Assembly (NCBI GenBank): GCA_013626165.1 | Contig: NDHX01000004.1 | Span: forward strand, 64,565 to 128,564 | Direction: 5' to 3' | Source: Candidatus Velesiimonas alkalicola | GTDB lineage: Bacteria > Omnitrophota > Gorgyraeia > Velesiimonadales > Velesiimonadaceae | Length of the DNA stretch: 64,000 bases | Shown: positions 42,438-50,764 of the stretch, piece after piece | How the letters are laid out: every line of letters begins with the position of its first letter | How positions within the stretch are numbered: position 1 is the stretch's first letter | The notes under the pieces: generated by a model | The model's input: the letters and a program-made list of their open reading frames with translations, nothing else | Told to the model about the DNA's origin: nothing | Database searches by the model: none | Made by a program: the position numbers and the translations under genes

Positions 42438-42796
42438 TGTCATTGTCGTACAAGTAGATTTCCGCACGGAGTTATTTAGGGTCTGCTGAAAAACTCATCA
42501 GACCCTGATTCCACAGATTAAAAAGCAGATTACACAGATTAAAACCCGATGACAAAATCGGTGTAATCTTTCAAAAATCTGTGTAATCAGGGCTTACTGA
42601 AAAATTTACATCTGTCAAAAGTGCAAGGTTTTTACATAAAAAGAACAAAAAATCGTGCACTTTTAGCGCTATTTTTGTGGTTTAAATCGCTTAATTTCCG
42701 TCGTAGTATCCAAATTTTTAGCATTTTTCAGTAAGCCCTATTTATTAAGTTAGAAAAGAAACAATGCTTATTGTGGCGGTAATGTATCTTGACAGA
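42438..42796 (+). pseudogene. RelE/ParE-family toxin remnant interrupted by a MITE
   Basis: Removing the insert and one TATTTA copy restores CRTSRFPHGVIY*VRKETMLIVAVMYLDR. Confidence 0.55.
42479..42738. mobile_element. MITE-like element with a 6-bp TATTTA target duplication
   Basis: TIRs GGGTCTGCTGAAAAA / TTTTTCAGTAAGCCC; internal extra TIR AGGGCTTACTGAAAAA near 42589; GATTACACAGATT core. Confidence 0.7.
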
Positions 42797-42807
42797 AATT
42801 TTCAGTT

Positions 42808-42994
42808 ACCATTGGCGGCAAATGTCAGATGGCAGCAGGTGAGATCTTACGCTCCTTTATCTTTTGGAGCTATAGCTATTTCCAAAAGAAGTTAGATGCG
42901 GATGAAGTATTTAGGTTAGCTATGCCAAAGAACAAACAGCTTAGGTTAAACTATGCTGTTACAGGGTAAAAAGACTAAATTTGCCAAAGTTTAG
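42808..42994 (+). pseudogene. Possible transposase C-terminal remnant with an IS701-like right end
   Basis: Frame TIGGKCQMAAGEILRSFIFW...AVTG* followed by TTTGCCAAAGTTTAG; family assignment is from memory only. Confidence 0.35.
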
Positions 42995-43004
42995 CTGTAC
43001 ATTA

Positions 43005-43077
43005 AGTTCGTATAATATGCAACAAAAGGTCGATATTATACATTCAATTCGTATAGAAACGAGTTATATGAAATTGC
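43005..43077 (+). other. Putative attI-like site (GTTATAT core at 43063, no attC hairpin)
   Basis: Same GTTATATGAAAT start as the downstream cassettes, preceded by two TTCGTATA copies. Confidence 0.45.
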
Positions 43078-43120
43078 TTTTAATTTGAGAATTATAAAAT
43101 AAAATTGGAGGAATGGAAAA

Positions 43121-43315
43121 ATGGACGTGAAAGAATTAATCGCCAAGGAGATAGAAAATGTTCCTGAGCCCTATCTCATGGAGATACTGGATTTTATCCG
43201 ATTTTTAGAGACTAAGGCTTTGGAACAAAAGATGGAACTTGCATTAGCAAGTGAAGCGTCTCTTAAAAAAGATTGGCTGAAGCCTGAGGAGGATGAAGCA
43301 TGGAAAGATTTGTAA
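43121..43315 (+). CDS. DUF2281-family putative antitoxin
   Basis: EILDFIRFL, ASEASLKKDWLKPEEDEAWKDL; overlaps the toxin start. Confidence 0.8.
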   Translation: MDVKELIAKEIENVPEPYLMEILDFIRFLETKALEQKMELALASEASLKKDWLKPEEDEAWKDL

Positions 43316-43632
43316 AAGGGGATGTAGTAGTCGTTCCTTTCCCTTTCTCAGATTTAACCCGAGCTAAAAGACGACCGGCTTTGGTAATCGCAGAGTTAGA
43401 AGGTAATGATCTGATTCTTTGCCAGATAACCAGTCAGTCTATTAGAGACAGATACGCAGTTTTAATTGACAAGAATGATTTTGAAACCGGGACGCTTAGG
43501 CGAAAAAGTAATGTGCGACCTAACCGCATATTCACAGCAGATCGTCACATCATCCTGTATCGAGTTGGTCATCTTAAACCTAAAAAGATCGATCAGATAA
43601 TTGAGAGGATAGTATCTATCCTTCGGCAATAA
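43300..43632 (+). CDS. PemK/MazF-family toxin
   Basis: GDVVVVPFPFSDL, KRRPALV, CQITS, SNVRPNRIFT. Confidence 0.88.
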   Translation: MERFVKGDVVVVPFPFSDLTRAKRRPALVIAELEGNDLILCQITSQSIRDRYAVLIDKNDFETGTLRRKSNVRPNRIFTADRHIILYRVGHLKPKKIDQIIERIVSILRQ

Positions 43633-43644
43633 ATATGCAACTTC

Positions 43645-43729
43645 CGATAACAGAGCGTATCTGGCTTCGGCTTACGCCTCCGCCCAAATCCCCCTTCGGA
43701 GAACTTCAGATACGCTCGAAACGTTATAT
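43645..43729 (+). repeat. attC-like site 1
   Basis: CGATAAC-A-GAGCGTATCTG ... CAGATACGCTC-GAAAC-GTTATAT. Confidence 0.75.
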
Positions 43730-43746
43730 GAAATGGCGGTTCCAAA

Positions 43747-44904
43747 ATGAATGAAGAAAGGAAAACCATGAAAACAAATAATACCCGACAATTAACATTA
43801 GAAAGTTTAGAGGCTATTCCGCTTACTTATGGTTCAATTATTCTAAATAAAGAGATGTTTATTCAAGTTTTGGTTGAGACTAAAACTCTACAGGATTTAA
43901 TTTCTCTTAAGAACAAACTAATTGTATTAAAAGATATTATAACTAATCATAAAAAGGACCAAGAAGGCATATTAAATATTGACGCTAATGGAGATACGGT
44001 CTCCTTACGCAGAGATGTTCTAACTTCTGAATTAAATCAAATCCTTGAGTCGCAAACAGTTGAAAGAGCTAAGTACTATTTAAAAAGATTGGAAAATGGA
44101 GTCCAAAAAGTTAAGACAAGTAAAATCAACGACATAAATCTTTTAAGGTGGAAAGAATATGATGATATTATTACCGATAGCCTTTGGGTATTAGATAAGA
44201 GGGATACTTCAGGTGTCCATCTTGGTTGGTATTGGGGAAATTTCATCCCACAGATTCCGCATCAGACCCTGATAAGATATACCAAAAAAGGAGATTGGGT
44301 TTTAGATGCATTTGTGGGAAGTGGAACGACCTTGATTGAGTGCCGAAGATTGGGTAGAAACGGAATAGGAATAGAATTAAACCAAGAAGTGGCACGAGAA
44401 GCAAAGAAATTGATTGAAAAGGAACAAAATAAAGATAATGTAGTTAGTGAAGTAATAATTGGGGACAGTAGGACGATGAATATAGAAGAAATTTTGACAA
44501 AGCACAAAATTAATCAAGTTCAACTTCTTATTATGCATCCTCCGTACCATAATATTATTAAGTTTTCAAAAGATGAAAAAGACCTTTCGAACGCAAAAAA
44601 TACTGAAGAATTTTTGAAAATGTTTGGGGAGGTGATAAATAATGCAACTCCATACTTAGAAAAAGAGCGGTACTTTGCTTTAGTTATTGGCGATAAGTAT
44701 TCTAAAGGTGAATGGATACCTTTAGGATTTTATTGTATGAATGAAGTATTAAAAAGAGGCTATTTATTAAAAAGTATAATTGTTAAAAACTTTGAAGAAA
44801 CGCGAGGCAAGAGAAATCAACAAGAACTTTGGAGATATAGGGCGTTAGTAGGTGGATTTTATATTTTTAAGCATGAATATATAATGTTATTTAAGAAAAA
44901 ATAG
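43747..44904 (+). CDS. N4/N6 DNA methyltransferase
   Basis: GNFIPQIP, VLDAFVGSGTT (motif I), HPPY (motif IV). Confidence 0.88.
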   Translation: MNEERKTMKTNNTRQLTLESLEAIPLTYGSIILNKEMFIQVLVETKTLQDLISLKNKLIVLKDIITNHKKDQEGILNIDANGDTVSLRRDVLTSELNQILESQTVERAKYYLKRLENGVQKVKTSKINDINLLRWKEYDDIITDSLWVLDKRDTSGVHLGWYWGNFIPQIPHQTLIRYTKKGDWVLDAFVGSGTTLIECRRLGRNGIGIELNQEVAREAKKLIEKEQNKDNVVSEVIIGDSRTMNIEEILTKHKINQVQLLIMHPPYHNIIKFSKDEKDLSNAKNTEEFLKMFGEVINNATPYLEKERYFALVIGDKYSKGEWIPLGFYCMNEVLKRGYLLKSIIVKNFEETRGKRNQQELWRYRALVGGFYIFKHEYIMLFKKK

Positions 44905-44915
44905 GAGATAAAACT

Positions 44916-45749
44916 ATGCCATTATTAAGTCAAAAAGAAGTCTTAAATTTAAAACTCAGTTGTATTCCTTTACCGCAGTTAAAACTACCTGCTCTAAACT
45001 TAGGAATAAACAATACAGGTTCAGCAACAGAGATTATTAAAAGAGTTTTGGATAAAGGGGTAGACGAAAAAGTAATACAGAGATTCATAAAACAAAAATA
45101 TAATGAAAGAATCCAGGAACGGAGGGAGGTTATTTCTGATGAGGACTTAAAAAAAGAATTGTTAAAAGTCCAAACCTTTTCTTGGGGCGTGGTTCAAGGG
45201 CAGTTAGATCAGAAAATACAGGCTGAATATGTGAGAAGAATTGTAAGATATGAAGACCTGCTAAATAATGTCAGGGCGAAACTTCACGAAGATGTGACTA
45301 AATATGTAATTTGTACTTGGTTTAATCATTGGACAACTGTGTTAATAGAAGAACATATAAGCACTCACAAGAGGGTGATCCCCACTATTAAAAATATAAA
45401 AGGAATTGATATTTTCTTTGATGGACAGCCATTTGACTTAAAAGTGACCTACCTTCCTCGTGAATATAATCCCTCTGATGCTATAAAAAATCCTACTGAT
45501 TTAGCTGTCTGGCTATATGAAAATCAGGGTGCTCAAAGATTTGGGGCTGACAATCGGTTATTTGTTGTATTGTTGGATAAAGATAACACTGAAAGAAGTT
45601 GGGAATTAAAAAGAGATTTTACTTTAGTATTCCAAAAGATTGATAATTTCTTTGATAGAGAGACGGTGTCAAAGAAAGACGAGATTGTTTTCACTTTTGG
45701 CAGAAAAACATATACAGCAGTTACAAAGGTTTTGATAATAACAAAATGA
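44916..45749 (+). CDS. Putative type II restriction endonuclease
   Basis: Follows the MTase in the same cassette; GID...PFDLK PD-(D/E)xK-like motif. Confidence 0.6.
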   Translation: MPLLSQKEVLNLKLSCIPLPQLKLPALNLGINNTGSATEIIKRVLDKGVDEKVIQRFIKQKYNERIQERREVISDEDLKKELLKVQTFSWGVVQGQLDQKIQAEYVRRIVRYEDLLNNVRAKLHEDVTKYVICTWFNHWTTVLIEEHISTHKRVIPTIKNIKGIDIFFDGQPFDLKVTYLPREYNPSDAIKNPTDLAVWLYENQGAQRFGADNRLFVVLLDKDNTERSWELKRDFTLVFQKIDNFFDRETVSKKDEIVFTFGRKTYTAVTKVLIITK

Positions 45750-45761
45750 GACCGCCACTTC

Positions 45762-45852
45762 ATATAACACAGCATAAAAGGTTCGTGCCTTCGGCACTCA
45801 CCCAAATCCTTCGCTATCGCTCAGGACTTCTTTTATGCTGGAAACGTTATAT
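45762..45852 (+). repeat. attC-like site 2
   Basis: ATATAAC-A-CAGCATAAAAG ... CTTTTATGCTG-GAAAC-GTTATAT. Confidence 0.75.
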
Positions 45853-45905
45853 GAAATTCGGCTTGGCGGACGGATAACAAAATTAATGAAAACAAAAACA
45901 TATAG

Positions 45906-47327
45906 GTGGATGTGATGAAAACGCTTTACGAGGCAAAACAAGAAACTTTGTTTGGGGAAAGGACCATCGAGCAAAAATACTTAGAATTAATCAATAACGA
46001 GCATAACATCTCTAAAGGAGTTGAAGTTTTAGATAAAATTGATTGGGACTTTAAAGATTTTACGACTCAGTATCTTACACATACGTTTCATTCTTACCCC
46101 GCAAGGTTTATACCTCAAATACCTCTGACTTTCATCAAATTATTTACAAAAGAGAAAGAAACTGTCTTAGACCCAATGTGCGGTTGTGGAACAACATTGG
46201 TAGAGGCTTTTTTAAATAATCGAAATTCTATTGGGAATGACTTTAACCCACTTGCAACCCTAATAACCAAAGTAAAAACCACTCTAATTGATGAAAACGA
46301 GTTCAGATATTTTAATAAAAAATTGGCAGTTATGAAGCGATATTTAGATTTGGATTATAGAAGAGTTGATGAAAGAATTAATAATCTGCCTAACAGAAAG
46401 GTAAGCAAGATATTCAACAGGGTTGTAATCTCAAAATTAGAAAGCATCCGTGAAACTCTATTAGAGGTAAAAGAAGAAGGACATAATGACTTATTTGATT
46501 TTGGAAGAGTTGCTTTATCATCAACAATATGGTCATTGGTAGAAAATGGTAATGGAATTGATGTTGATGATGTGTTTCTGAAAAAAGTAAAATCTATGCA
46601 GAATGACCTAAATAGGATGGCTAAGATTATTAGGACTGTTCCGGTTGTAAGAGTAATTTGTGGCGATGCAAGAAAATTAGAGGTTGAAACAGCCTCAATA
46701 AACTTAATAGTAACTTCTCCTCCTTATGTAAATGCGTTGGATTATTATAGAGCCCATATGTATAACATGCTTTGGCTTGGAATGGATTTTGACTTGTTTA
46801 GAAAACATGAGATCGGTGGGCATTCCCATTTCATTATCAATAGATTTAGACTACTTTCAGAATATTTAGGTGATATGCTCCGTTCAATGATAGAGATGAA
46901 TAGAGTTTTGAAAAAAGATAAAACATGCGTAATTGTAGTAGGGAACTCCAGTTTGGAGTATGAACTGATTGAAAGTCATAATTTTTTTGCAGAAATGGGT
47001 GAAAAGATAGGATTTAAGCCAATAAAAACAATTTTTAGGAATATTGATAAAACAAGGAAATACACAAGTGCAGATATAGGGAAAATTGATGATGAATATA
47101 TCCTTGTAATGCAAAAGGTAGATGATACCAATATTTCTGCAGATGATGATAATTTTGTTTCCGATGTTGTGCAAGAGCAGATGTTAGGATTTAAAGAGCA
47201 AATAAAGAAATGTCAAGGCACTTCCATTAGGAGTAGAAAACCAACAAATGAGAGACTATTGAAGAATGTTGATAAGATTAGTGAGGCAATAGAAACGATA
47301 TCTGAAGACACAAAAATAAAGAGGTAA
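45906..47327 (+). CDS. Probable m4C DNA methyltransferase
   Basis: HSYPARFIPQIP, DPMCGCGTT, TSPPY. Confidence 0.88.
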   Translation: MDVMKTLYEAKQETLFGERTIEQKYLELINNEHNISKGVEVLDKIDWDFKDFTTQYLTHTFHSYPARFIPQIPLTFIKLFTKEKETVLDPMCGCGTTLVEAFLNNRNSIGNDFNPLATLITKVKTTLIDENEFRYFNKKLAVMKRYLDLDYRRVDERINNLPNRKVSKIFNRVVISKLESIRETLLEVKEEGHNDLFDFGRVALSSTIWSLVENGNGIDVDDVFLKKVKSMQNDLNRMAKIIRTVPVVRVICGDARKLEVETASINLIVTSPPYVNALDYYRAHMYNMLWLGMDFDLFRKHEIGGHSHFIINRFRLLSEYLGDMLRSMIEMNRVLKKDKTCVIVVGNSSLEYELIESHNFFAEMGEKIGFKPIKTIFRNIDKTRKYTSADIGKIDDEYILVMQKVDDTNISADDDNFVSDVVQEQMLGFKEQIKKCQGTSIRSRKPTNERLLKNVDKISEAIETISEDTKIKR

Positions 47328-47332
47328 GAAAC

Positions 47333-48307
47333 ATGAAAGAATTTATTAGCAAAATAATATACTCAATTCTCACAGGGCAAGATTATAGGGCCTATGTTCT
47401 TGCTACAATAAATAAAAGATTCATTGATAAAGCGCAAGAACTGATTTCCGAAGTGTTTGAGCACAAACGAAGAGGTGATAATTGGCTTGAAAAACTTTTA
47501 GAAGACACTTTCAAAAAGAAGGGGAAAGAGAACAAATTTAAACTTCTGTGGTTTGGCGGTTTAAATGATAAGACTGTAAAGAATATGACAGGCGGGACAT
47601 CTACAAAGGAAGTATGTTTGGATTTAGGTAGGAAGAACATAGAAGCATTGAAAATATTGCTAAAAGAATTTGATAGTAGTGAGAACTTATATCAACTCAG
47701 AATAATAATCCGGAAAGGTAAAGAACAAGTTGAATTAGACGAAGTTGAAAGTATATTTTTCGTTAATATTATCTCAGCAATGAAACTAACAATTCAAGGA
47801 GGAGCTTGGAGTGAAGTGGGAAAGAAAACCGAAAAAGGTTTACTCTTTGTGATATTTCGATTACTGAAAATTCCAGAAGATAACTATATTTTAACAACTG
47901 CGGAAATGAAGAAAAAAGGACTGGTTGAGAACAGAGAAATCGATGCCATAGTTTTCAGTAAGAACAAAGAGCCTCTAACTATTGAGTTAAAACTACTTGG
48001 AATCGGAAATCCCGAAATAGGTGACGAGGCACTTGCCAGAAAAGTAAGTTTATTTCTGATAGATAGGTTGACAGAGATGATGAAGGAAGAATCTGAAAAA
48101 ATAGGAATTAAAGTAATTGAATTTAGACAAGAAAATTCTCTAATGGAGATGTACAAGTTTTTCAAATCGAAAAATGTGAGTTGTAGTCCGCCCGAAAAAA
48201 TGACACCAAACGAATTAGAAGACGAAATAAATGGAATAATGAAAGAGTGGAGAGAAGAATCAGAAGATTTAGCTGTAATTAAAAAATTAAGGGAGTGGAC
48301 AAAATGA
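47333..48307 (+). CDS. CfrBI-family type II restriction endonuclease
   Basis: GGAWSEVGKKTEK, REID, IELKLLGIGNPE resemble CfrBI-family motifs. Confidence 0.7.
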   Translation: MKEFISKIIYSILTGQDYRAYVLATINKRFIDKAQELISEVFEHKRRGDNWLEKLLEDTFKKKGKENKFKLLWFGGLNDKTVKNMTGGTSTKEVCLDLGRKNIEALKILLKEFDSSENLYQLRIIIRKGKEQVELDEVESIFFVNIISAMKLTIQGGAWSEVGKKTEKGLLFVIFRLLKIPEDNYILTTAEMKKKGLVENREIDAIVFSKNKEPLTIELKLLGIGNPEIGDEALARKVSLFLIDRLTEMMKEESEKIGIKVIEFRQENSLMEMYKFFKSKNVSCSPPEKMTPNELEDEINGIMKEWREESEDLAVIKKLREWTK

Positions 48308-48368
48308 TTACCGCCAAGCCGAATCTTGCGGAAACCTTCGGTTTCCTTGCCTCGCCTTCGGCTCGGTC

Positions 48369-48459
48369 ATATAACAGAGCGTATCTGGCTTCGTGCCTTC
48401 GGCACTCTGCCCAAATTGCTCGCTTCGCTCGCAACTTCAGATACGCTCAACCGTTATAC
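48369..48459 (+). repeat. attC-like site 3
   Basis: ATATAAC-A-GAGCGTATCTG ... CAGATACGCTC-AACC-GTTATAC. Confidence 0.75.
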
Positions 48460-48722
48460 GCAATAATTTTTAAAAGTTAAAGAAACGACCCAAAAATTTT
48501 TTGTGAGATTTTTTAGGCAAACGGGCAAAAATTCCTGGTGGGGATGACACTCAAACCCCCTTCCTTTTTGCCCGCCTGCTTTCCGCCGAAGGCGGAATGG
48601 GGTGGAAAAGCGTTTCCGCAATTCCTGCGTCAGCAGGAAGGCAAAACAGAAAAATTTTCTTTTCCTTATTTGAAAAATAGTGGCGAGTGATTAAAAAACC
48701 TATTCCCTTGCAAAAATAACAG

Positions 48723-49007
48723 TCAAAAAAGGACCAACAGCAAGAATGTACTTATCAAACCTTTTAAGAGAAACAAAAAAACAACAAACAGAAAAATATC
48801 CAGAATAGAACTAATAATTCTCCCTTCCCGCCGTGCAGGGATAACGCGTGTATCGTTCAAAACCAGAATGCCCTCGTTCTGAAAATAATCCTCTATATTA
48901 CTGAAAATGTCTTCTTCTGCTATCTTCTTTTTTTTGTCAGGCACTATCAAACAGGCTTTTTCTTTCTCCTTGAGGGGTATTGGGCTATCAACTCCTTCGG
49001 CAGGCAA
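48723..49007 (-). pseudogene. queA: Truncated queA (N-terminal fragment)
   Basis: FSNIEDYF...LVLNDTRVIPAR matches the QueA N-terminus; sequence diverges after about 63 aa. Confidence 0.65.
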
Positions 49008-49028
49008 TACTTAAAAAACTTCTGCATC

Positions 49029-50738
49029 TTATGATTTCTTTTCAAATACAATAATTGTGGGATTAAGATATATCAAATCTTCAGGGAGAACTTTCGTCCT
49101 AAAAACAAATGCGAGAAACTGTGGGAATTTTTGAAAAGTTTTTCTCTCTTCGTAAAGTTTTGAACCCCTGAACTCTTCCCAGAAGGCAACACGTTCCTGC
49201 TGTAACTTCAATGGATATGGAGGAAAGGGTGCCTGAAAGGATGAAAGGATAAAATAATCCGGTTTCGTTCCTTCCACTCTCTTAAAATCGTATCCTGTAA
49301 CCACAACATTGTATCTCTGGTAATCAAAAGGGGGCATCTGGAACTGCCACGGCACCTCAGCCACTCCGATACTGCTTCCCGCAGGTATATTCTCCTTAAT
49401 CCACACACCTGCTTCAGTTCTGATATTCTCTCTTATAAAAAGCATCTTGTAACTCATCCCGTAAACAAAAGTCCATAATGCTACAAAAATAAAAACTACT
49501 GATAAAAATTTTTTATTTGCAGGGTACAGTCTTTCGTAAAGCCTGAACCATCCAATACTGCCCATAATAACCAGTGATGGAATCGCAGGCAAGATATACC
49601 TGGCAAAGTTTTTTGCAAAAAGAGAAATAAAAACAAAAAAGAAAACCGTCCATGACAGAAGTAAAACAGTTATTTTTCTCTGATACGTATTTTGTTTTTT
49701 TAACAAAATTACAGCACTTAACATACCTGCTAAACAGAAAAAAAATAAAGGCATTCCCATTCCATAGAATAAAGATTTTAGATAAAACATACCGCTGAAT
49801 GCCTGTTCAGTATGCTGTCCCAATTCAATCAGAGGAGCGGGAAAAGTAAGGAAAAAATACGGATTGGTAACAAAAAACATAATAAAAAATCCTGTAAACG
49901 TAAGACATACTCCCTTGATAAAATTTTTCCAGTTGTTATAAATTAAAGCCATTCCAAGTAAGGGAATAAAAAATGCAACAAGGAAAGTAATCTTTGTCCC
50001 GCAGGCAAGCCCTGCAAATATACCTGCAAAAAATACTCTTCTGAATGAAAATCTCTCCATAAAAAGGACCGTTGTAAAAAGACAAGCCATTATCCAAAAT
50101 ACCCCCGGGATGTCAACATACATATAGAGCGAATTAAGCAGCATTAACGGAGCAAACAAGAGCAGCAAGGCACCTGTAAGGGACTGCCATTTCCGGGAAG
50201 CAAGTTTTGCAAGTAAAAAATAAACCAACAGAATAATACCCACACCGTAAAAAGTTGTTATAACCCTGCCGACAATATAAAACTTTGCTATCTCTTGTGG
50301 ATTTAAAAAATAATAACTTATGTCCGGTACTACGGTGATAACCTTTAATTTAGACAAAAGAAAAATCAGCCCACCCACAGGGTACAGATACGCTCCTCCC
50401 ACTGTAAATTGATGTGGATTAAAATTAAACTCCCCTGGTTTCATCGTAGAAAGGCTCTTAATTATAAAATACTCGTCAGGGTGATAACTACGGATAGGGT
50501 TATACTTGGAACGGGGTAGTTTACGTTCGGTTTCTTCCGGGTGCTGAACCAGATGGGCACCCATCCCCTTCCATGACTCTTCCAGGGGATATTTTTTTAA
50601 TGCATCTATATGTTCTATAACATTTTTCCCATCAGTGAAATAGAGACGATTTAATTTTACAGAAGGTAACCCCCAGTAAATTCCCGAAAATTTAATTAAA
50701 AGTGCAATTATACCGATTAGTATGTATTTATGTTTCAT
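49029..50738 (-). CDS. GT-C (ArnT/PMT-like) membrane glycosyltransferase
   Basis: HPDE motif, FNPHQF, many TM helices, GLACGTK, RYILP. Confidence 0.75.
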   Translation of the reverse strand: MKHKYILIGIIALLIKFSGIYWGLPSVKLNRLYFTDGKNVIEHIDALKKYPLEESWKGMGAHLVQHPEETERKLPRSKYNPIRSYHPDEYFIIKSLSTMKPGEFNFNPHQFTVGGAYLYPVGGLIFLLSKLKVITVVPDISYYFLNPQEIAKFYIVGRVITTFYGVGIILLVYFLLAKLASRKWQSLTGALLLLFAPLMLLNSLYMYVDIPGVFWIMACLFTTVLFMERFSFRRVFFAGIFAGLACGTKITFLVAFFIPLLGMALIYNNWKNFIKGVCLTFTGFFIMFFVTNPYFFLTFPAPLIELGQHTEQAFSGMFYLKSLFYGMGMPLFFFCLAGMLSAVILLKKQNTYQRKITVLLLSWTVFFFVFISLFAKNFARYILPAIPSLVIMGSIGWFRLYERLYPANKKFLSVVFIFVALWTFVYGMSYKMLFIRENIRTEAGVWIKENIPAGSSIGVAEVPWQFQMPPFDYQRYNVVVTGYDFKRVEGTKPDYFILSSFQAPFPPYPLKLQQERVAFWEEFRGSKLYEERKTFQKFPQFLAFVFRTKVLPEDLIYLNPTIIVFEKKS

Positions 50739-50764
50739 TGTAAAATATTATATATTATCTGTTT

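Noticed and set aside
42912-42957. TTAGGTTA direct repeats as DtxR boxes
   Set aside because: They lack the CTAA half-site, lie in a probable transposase remnant frame, and are far from metal genes.
43645-48459. Recurring ~90-bp palindromes as a CRISPR array
   Set aside because: They are separated by 2-2.5 kb of genes rather than short spacers, vary in sequence, and no cas genes are present.
48295-48480. 61-aa ORF after the CfrBI-like gene
   Set aside because: It runs through the attC-like hairpin and has no recognisable motif.
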